Of a stretch of DNA of 64,000 nucleotides, positions 56,655-64,000 are shown one piece after another. The stretch lies in contig CM114271.1 of NCBI GenBank assembly GCA_050084515.1, positions 10,478,001 through 10,542,000 of the forward strand, given 5' to 3'. Origin of the DNA: Blasia pusilla (lineage: Eukaryota). The position numbers and the translations under genes were made by a program. A model generated the notes under the pieces. That model was not told the origin of the DNA, ran no database searches, and saw only the letters and a program-made list of their open reading frames with translations. The first letter of the stretch is position 1. The number at the start of each line of letters is the position of its first letter.

Positions 56655-59199
56655 TAAAATGAGATCCAATCTCTCTCACAACACCATAGTTCTCACATGT
56701 GTGCACTCTCACATGTCTCTCTCAATGTCAAATGAAACCCACTCTTCTAATGAGAGGCTTGGGGTACACACACAAGGGGGGGCTGGTATTTTGGCAAAAG
56801 AGAGTAAGAGAGGAGAGTCTGTCTTCTAAAAAAGGGCCAAATCCGCCTCCTCTCTTCAAATTTTTTTGACATATTTGAAATTTTTGTTTGCTTTCAAATT
56901 CATGAAATCTTTAGAAGAGAGTAGGTAGTGGTCCACATTTGGCCCTAAAAACCTCCTTTTCCTGGGTAAAAAAAAAAAGTAGACATCATAAGACCACTAC
57001 AAACATTTTTCCATCACTCTCCATGTGAGCCTAAGTTTCTTAACATTACCTGTCTCGGTCTACAAAAAGCAGTGCCCATGGGTATTTTTGTTGGAGGACC
57101 ACCCGGATGCCAACCTCTCTTTTTGCAGGGATTGTTGCCTGCATCATGGCCTCCCTCGATTGCCCCATAACCAACTTTTCGTTGGTTATGAATGGTGTCT
57201 GCTCAAGACCAACTTTGTGAAATGTGAACACATGAGAGGATAATTGAACCAAAAGATTGTTAGCTGTCTGAAGTAAAGAGGAACTGATGTCCCTTCATTC
57301 AGATCCTAAAGCTGAGAAACCGAGAAGTTGCACCCCTCCCAACCCGTAAGAAAGCTCACCATAAGAAAGGAAAGACTTCTAGAAGTGATTTTCTTCCACC
57401 CTGCACCCATGACAATCTAACATGTTGGGAATCCGAAATGGCAATCCGACAGGTAGTAGGAATCCTGCACATCTTAGACAAGAAAATAAGCCTACAACTG
57501 GTTTGACGAATGTAGGGGAACGAGCCAAAAGTTAAGAAGCCCGCCACAATGCGTCAGAAGTTGGTCTCACAGGGAAAGAGTCCGATCACTCAAGCAGCCA
57601 ACTTGTCGGAATGTGACAACTTGCCTGGAAATGGTTAAAAAGTTGCAGTGGGCAAAAAGCTCAAAGTTGCAACCCGTTGGAATCATACGGGTTGCAAAAT
57701 TGTAATTCCGAGTAGCTAAAATAACACAATGCACTAGTCCCAAAAAGTTTTCCAGCAAACTTTTACAAACACCACTGTCGGTTGAAAAAATCTCGACCTT
57801 TATTACCTCTGAAGGAAACTCGGAAATGTGCATTTGACCTAGTCTATGATTTCTTCAGCCTCGTCATCTACAAATCTACTCCTAACTCTCCTCGGTGACA
57901 GTACAAAAGGAATGTCAGGCCGATTGTAGACGGGGATCGAAAATGTTGGCGAATTTGAGAGCCTTGGCCCCCCTAGGTACGCCATAATGGTCCCATGTAA
58001 CCTAATTTGAGTCCCATCGCCTTCCTTGGTAGTATACCTTGTACGCTTTGCAATGTGACACCCATACAATATCAATATGTGCTCCGTCCTTGGTAATACC
58101 ATTATGGCAATCGCACAGGTAGTAGGAATCCAACACGTTTGAGAGAAGAAAAGAAGCCTACGCCTGCCTTTACGAGTTGAGGGGAAGGTGCCAAGGGAAG
58201 AAGCCCGCCAGATTGCCTCTTAAGTTGGACCAACAAGGAAAGAGTCCGATCAGGCAACCTGTCGGAATCCGACAGGTTGCTTGGAAGTGGTAAAAAGGTG
58301 TTGTCGTCAAAAAGTGAAAAGTTGCAAGCAGGAGAAATCCGACGGGTTGCAAAATAGATATCCGCGGAGTACATAGACGATCACATTTGAAAAGACATAA
58401 AAAATGTTCAGAAAACTTTTACAAGCACCACCATCGTTTGAAAAAATCATCTCCTTTATATCATCCGAAAAAAGCTCGGAACTGTACATTTAATCTATTT
58501 TATGAAATCTTTTGCCTCATCATCAAATAACTCCCTACTCCAAACCCTGTAGTCAAGCTGGGTCCTTGAGTTCTTTGAACTCACTCGTCATCGTCCGAGA
58601 GCTCTTGCAAAATTACTTTCGGTCTTGCCCTCCCGATTTTCGGAATCGTTGGAAGTGATGATGGAGTCACTACCACTGGTGGGTCTACAACCGGAGCTCT
58701 CGGCTTCGGTGGAGAGTTGTATGCCCCAATGAGCCCTTCGTATTCAGCCTTTGCCTCCTTGCAAAGGTCAAACAGTTCCTGCCTTCCCTCGAGGCACAGA
58801 ATGTTCCTGCCACTCTGCCAGACGCCTTTGATACTTGCCCCTGAAAGTCCCACTAAGTCGAACACCAAGTCACACGGCCTTGAGCAGAGCTCGATGAGCG
58901 TTTGCATCAGGGCTGGCGACTTTTCCCTTCCTCCCAGAAGTGGGGTACCGTCTTGCATGTAAATTCCCGGGGGGGGAATTGTACAAACTATCTAAGCTGT
59001 ACCCATTTGAGCATGGATCCACAGGATCCTGTATCTTGAACACCTGGAAATTGTGCTCGGGCCGAACGAAGCAATAAAAGTAGGAGTGGTCCATCTGTAA
59101 AGAAGCACGTTGGAAACAATGTCAACAACTTGGCATAATGTGCAACACGTCACCAAAGAACTCGACTTGACCCTAGATAACTTTTTTCAATTACTTACT

Positions 59200-59515
59200 T
59201 TGGATCAACCTGTCAGAGTCCGACGGGTTGTTTTTTCCCTGACCAACCCGTCGGAAGGCGACGAGTTGCTGGCCTAGAGCAGCCCATGCTCGGCTGAGAG
59301 AAACCCGTCGCTTTCCGAGGGGTTGCAGCTTTCCGAAAACATAGGGAAAAACCAAAAGCAACTGCAACCCGTCGGGTTCAGAAGGGTTGCAGGTACACCA
59401 CGGTTTTCCCTGTGTTTCTGGGAAAGATGCAACCCGTCGGAAACCGACGGGTTGCTCTTAGCCGAGCATGGGATGCTCTAAGCCTGCAACCCATCGCCTT
59501 CCGACGGGTTGCTCA
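59200..59515. repeat. Array of palindromes GCAACCCGTCGG-n3-CCGACGGGTTGC in an intron
   Basis: For example GCAACCCGTCGGAAACCGACGGGTTGC at ~59429-59455, with about six variants. Confidence 0.85.
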
Positions 59516-61689
59516 CGGACAAAAATAACGGAGATATACTATCTGAAATTCACACGCATTGAGCCTTACCCGAATTTGAAAATATATTTGAGATTTTACT
59601 ACAGGAATTGAGCCTTACCCGAATCTGACTCGTCGCGGATCGGAATGGGTACTCATTTTTTATGATCCAAGATTGCGTCATCCTCCACTTTAGCGACCTC
59701 TTGACGCACTGGAGGTTGAAGAGCTCGTCCTCGCTCCCTCTAGTCAACACTAAGAAGCAACCCCTATCACTCAGATAGACGTCTGCAAAGGAGAACAATA
59801 GCGCGATTTGGTCATAAGAGAGCGGCACATTCCAGTAAGGTACCCCGTCCGACGGATTCTCGCCCCACAGTCACAACCCCGAGGGCAGATCAGCGATCAA
59901 GAGATCCACCGCAACCTCTTCGACCACTCCATTCACCGTCCAAGTAGCATGCCCGTTTCGTTGGAGCTTCCGTCCCAGCGTTGTCAATTTATCAATGGCT
60001 GGTGTCAACGCTTGAGAACTGAATCTTTTCAGCTCATCCAATAAAGGAGTGAACTGAAGGAGGACGCTTGTCCGGGTCGTTGTTTGTCTGTGTCTTCCCA
60101 AGGATGATGGACTGTATTCTCCTTGGGACAACACTGGCACCTCTCGCTTCCGCTTCTCCCAAGTCTGTGGATGGCTTGTGGGGGTCTCTATGACCTCAGA
60201 CTCTGGTGGGGTTTTTTTTGCCGAGGACCTGGTCTGACCCTCTTTCTCCGCTTGCCTGGACGATTCCGCCTCTGGCCTTGAATCTTCAGCCTCTCTTTGG
60301 GAAGACTCGGCCTCAAAATTTTTCCCTCCCCTCCCCTTGCCTTTGAGACCCGCTGTGGATTTGTCTTTGGCTGTGCGGACCTTGGAAGCCAACTCAGTTG
60401 TCTCGTGGGCTTGCTCTTCCCCATCTCCTCCGAAGAAGTCTTCATGCTGCACAAAATTGGGGATGTCGTCTTGTCCTGAGGCCACTGCATCATGAAGCAC
60501 TTGTAAATCCTTATCGGTGATGTCCTTAGGGTCGTTGAAGTCAAGCCAAATGGGGCAATTCTCCACCTCCCAATCGGACATGTGCTGCCCCATCTCCATG
60601 TCGTACATGGAGAATGTCTCTCCATTAGGCGATGAAGTCCACAATTTCAAGGTTGCCGGTAATTTTCCCCAGGTACCTGCATTCTTACAGTGGACGAGGT
60701 ACCTGAAGACCATCCGTTGGGCAGCTTTTACTCGAACCAAGCGCCGCCTGCTCTGAGATCTCGCTTCTTCTTTGCTTGATCCCGTTTGTTCCCCTCGATT
60801 TCTTTGTCAATCTCTGCATGAGGGAGGACGCAAACCTTGAACATTGTCTTGAATCCTGGGTTTTTGATTGGCTTGTCCCGGATGTCGTCGAGCCAAACCT
60901 CGAAATCTACAAAAATTTCCAGGTTTGCTTCATCTGGAATGGGCTCTAATCTTTTGAGCTCCGCTTGCAGACCGTCCAGCACAGACTTCCCGATAACCCG
61001 CAACGCGTCCCAGAACGACCATTCGCGTAGCCAGTGGGAGATCAATGGATCGGTCACACCCGGAGGATGGTGTGCCGCCCTCTTCTGGGCCTCTGTGCCC
61101 TCAAGATTGATTTTCATCAGTCAGATCCTCCTAAACTCGCTTATGCCGGACAACGCAAACCGATGCACGCGATCCAGGGACACTTTCTCCCCAATCCGAC
61201 CTTGCGGATCTTCATCCCTTTTCCGCTGGCGCTTGATAATCGCCTTCAACTCCTTGTAAAACTCCGGACCAAGTTAGGGGTTGAGAATGCTGATGTATCC
61301 CTGCATCTTGCTCTCCGTGTATTTTGTGGCTGCAGATACTGCAGCTTGGATGAATTTTGCACGCTCAGACCCACATACTTTCTCCCTCCGCTTCAGCTCC
61401 AGTGCAGCGCTCTTCTTCGCGGCCTGTATCTTTGACCAGCAAAGGATGGTTACGGCTGCATCTTGGGAAATAAACTTATTTGCCCAAGTTTTCTTTTTTA
61501 TCTGTGCACCCTTTGCAAGCATCTGATTTACCAGGGCATCGCCCAAGAACCCCTTGTACTCTCCCGGGTGCGTCGTAAGCACCTTCTTCACCTGATCGTA
61601 GTCCTTGATCCAGTGGTGGATGACATTCCCCTCCAATACAATCCTTCACATCCAAATTCAACCCGTCAGAAAAATTGTAAGTAACATGG

Positions 61690-62415
61690 GTTCCTGCAAC
61701 CCGTCGGACTCCGACGGGTCGTCACAGCTTAAGGTTGGATTCTAGCAACGAGCTAAATGATGCGACCCGTCGGAGTCTGACAGATTGCATTCACATTTGT
61801 GAATGCTTGGTTTCAACCCGTCGGACTCCGACGGGTTGTCAGATAGTCCGTATCAAACGTGAACATAGCAACCCGTCAGAGTCCGACAGGTTGCGCAATT
61901 GAATGGAAACTTGCAATTTGACGCGAAATTTGCTAAACCAACTTCCAAATGCAACCCGTCGGACTCCAAGGAGTTGATTTTGGCCAAAAACAGTTTTGAG
62001 TCAAGCAATGCGTCAGACTCCAACGGGTTGCTTTGGGCCAAAAACATACTAAACCTGCGGTCAGTCGAACAACTCGTCGGAGTCCGACGAGTTGCTTTCT
62101 TCAAAAAAACATCCTGAAAAGGCGGCGAGTCGAGCAACCCATCAGACTCCGACGGGTTGCTTTGGGCCAAAATCTTATTAAACCTGTGGTCAGTTGAACA
62201 ACTCGTCGGAGTCCGACGAGTTGCATTCTTCAAAAAACATCCTGAAAAGGCGTCGAGTTGAGCAACTCGTCGGAGTCCGACGAGTTGCTTTCGGCATAAA
62301 ATAACCTAACCCATTCCTCAATCGAGCAACTCGTCAAAGTCCGACGAGTTGTGTTTGGCCAAAAGCATCCCAACAACAGTGCCGACCCAAACAAATTGTC
62401 GGAGTCCGACGGTTT
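61690..62415. repeat. Larger array of the same palindrome (CAACCCGTCGGACTCCGACGGGTTG variants) in an intron
   Basis: More than ten variants at roughly 55-65-bp spacing. Confidence 0.88.
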
Positions 62416-64000
62416 GCGGCAAGAAGATACTTACGTGTTCATGGCATGCATTGCCATCTCCACCGTCGCCATGTGATGAGGGAATGGATGAAGGACCGCT
62501 GCCTTCACGCAAATGTGCCTCCAAGGAGTTGGGCCGCTCCTTTGCAAACTTGGTCCACGCCATGAACCTGTGATTTCCATCCCATATGAAGAAATACAGA
62601 TTCCTCATCCAGCTGAATTCCGTGCCCTCTACTTGCCTTCTAAAATCCTGGTCTCTCATCCTCCAGAATGTGTCGAGCTTATCCAAGTCCTCCTCCGTAA
62701 CCAGGGCTTGGGTTCCATGCTTGTCGTAAGGCTGAACATAGAAGGGAGGAAAGTTGTCGACGTAGGATGCTGTTGCCGCCGATTGTTTAAGCTTTGCCAT
62801 GTCCTCGTCGGACGGAATTTCGCGGACGTATTCCATTGTCCGCAATCGGCAAAGTGGAATCCTCGGGGCGTTGTGGCCCTCCATCAGTGCCATCTGCTTT
62901 ACCACCTGTCAGAACCGGGACAAGATCAATAAGCTACACTGAATTCCCAATTAATTGCAATTAACATAATTCAAAAAACCCAGATCCTCTCTTACCCGCT
63001 CGAAAATTGGGTCGGTTTCTTGACCAGCCAACTTGTCTGAGATAGCAGTTGGAAAATCGACTGGGAACTCGTCCATCCGATAGAGGTCGATGTCTTCCGC
63101 CGGGCTTGGAGACGAGAATGACCGCTCTCCGGCTTCCTCGGAAATGTCCACCATCTCCACGCTGGCGGTCCTCATGACCTCATTGTCCGTGATTTGAACT
63201 TCTGGCATTTCCGCTATATTGATTGTGTCCCCGGACTTCATCGGGGACATTTCCCACATCTCAACACTTTCGGTTGGACGGGCAGGGTTGTCGTCAATGG
63301 CTATCGCTTTTTCCCTCCTCGCTTTAGCCAATTCTGCTCTCCTCACCGACACGTCCAGACGCTTCTTTTCTCTCTTTTCGTCGGCGATCCTTTTCTTCAA
63401 GGCATGCGACGTCTCAGCCTCTGCGTTCAATCTATCGAGCGACTCTTGAACACGTCTCGCAAGAAGCTCCTGGTTGTGCATCTCCGCTTCCCTTCCCCGC
63501 TCCTCGATTTCATGCTGCCTAATTTCATTTGCCGACCGAGGCCCTGGAGATGCTTACGCAGGAGTCCTAATGGACTTCGGAGTGAAGCTCCCAGACTTGT
63601 TTGATTGAGCCTTTTTCCTCGTCATTTTTCCCGGAAATGCCTCCACCTATGTCCATGATGAATCGCTTGATCAATCACCTTGTTGATGTCGAGATGAGTC
63701 GCCTTAATGGGTAGCTCGAATCATCTCGCGATCGTTCAGTCGAACCGTCTCGCTCTCGTCCGGTCGAACCGTCTCGCTCTCGTTCCCTCGTATCGACTCG
63801 CGATGACTCGCTGTGTGAAACGCCCCTTGGTATCTGATCAGCTGCTGCGCGGGAGAGAGAGGAATGGAGATCGCAAAATGAGAAACCGGAAATGAGCTAT
63901 TTTTGCCCTATTTATACTTTTCTAGCCGTTGGGCTGACCGTTGGGTCCGGTCGTCCTTTCGACGGCGACGTGCCGGCCGTTACGGAAGTCTAGACGTGAA

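Larger units (their letters stand above)
58581..63481 (-). pseudogene. Spliced gene: charged N-terminus, ParB/Srx-like domain and C-terminal beta-class N6/N4 DNA-methyltransferase-like domain; several frameshifts
   Basis: In-frame GT-AG introns at 62906-62995 and 59095-59618, and a third from donor 62434 to ~61663 (acceptor apparently mutated). FIWDGNHRFMAW (ParB-like). VDLLIADLPSG (motif IV position). REKSPALMQTLIELCSRPCDLVFDLVGLSGAS...GRNILCLE (motifs X-I-II). Confidence 0.7.
56778..64000. mobile_element. Large DNA-transposon-like element (superfamily unknown; extends beyond the window) inserted in repeat B'' of DNMT-Gypsy copy 2
   Basis: Homology to 37130-37250 stops abruptly at 56777. 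The new sequence starts GGGGGCTGGTATTTTGGCA..GAGAGGAGAGTCT, the same terminus as the 7105-7940 element. No transposase is seen within the window. Confidence 0.7.

Noticed and set aside
61690-62415. CRISPR-like appearance of spaced palindromes
   Set aside because: Repeats are degenerate, spacers are related to each other, there are no cas genes, and the context is a eukaryotic intron.

Overview
This is eukaryotic, almost wholly transposon-derived DNA with no clear host gene. A non-seed land plant or streptophyte alga is my inference from the element types. It is a deep nest of decayed retroelements: three Athila-like Ty3/Gypsy copies, a truncated Copia, a near-complete tRNA-iMet-primed chromovirus with related fragments and solo LTRs, and an APE/RT LINE sitting in a (GA)n tract. 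Two systems stand out. (1) A Gypsy family, present as two long copies and one 3' fragment, carries a DNMT3/DRM-like C5-cytosine methyltransferase between protease and RT and a PHD finger after its DDE integrase. It appears to self-prime, and it has split direct repeats (B-internal-PPT-A-B-A) instead of ordinary LTRs. (2) A DNA-transposon-like element (56778 to the window end) carries a spliced gene with a ParB/Srx-like motif and a prokaryote-type beta-class N6/N4 DNA-methyltransferase-like domain. Its introns are full of palindromes, and it has an ~835-bp non-autonomous relative at ~7105-7940. All copies carry stops or frameshifts. Family names come from motif recognition by eye, not from searches.
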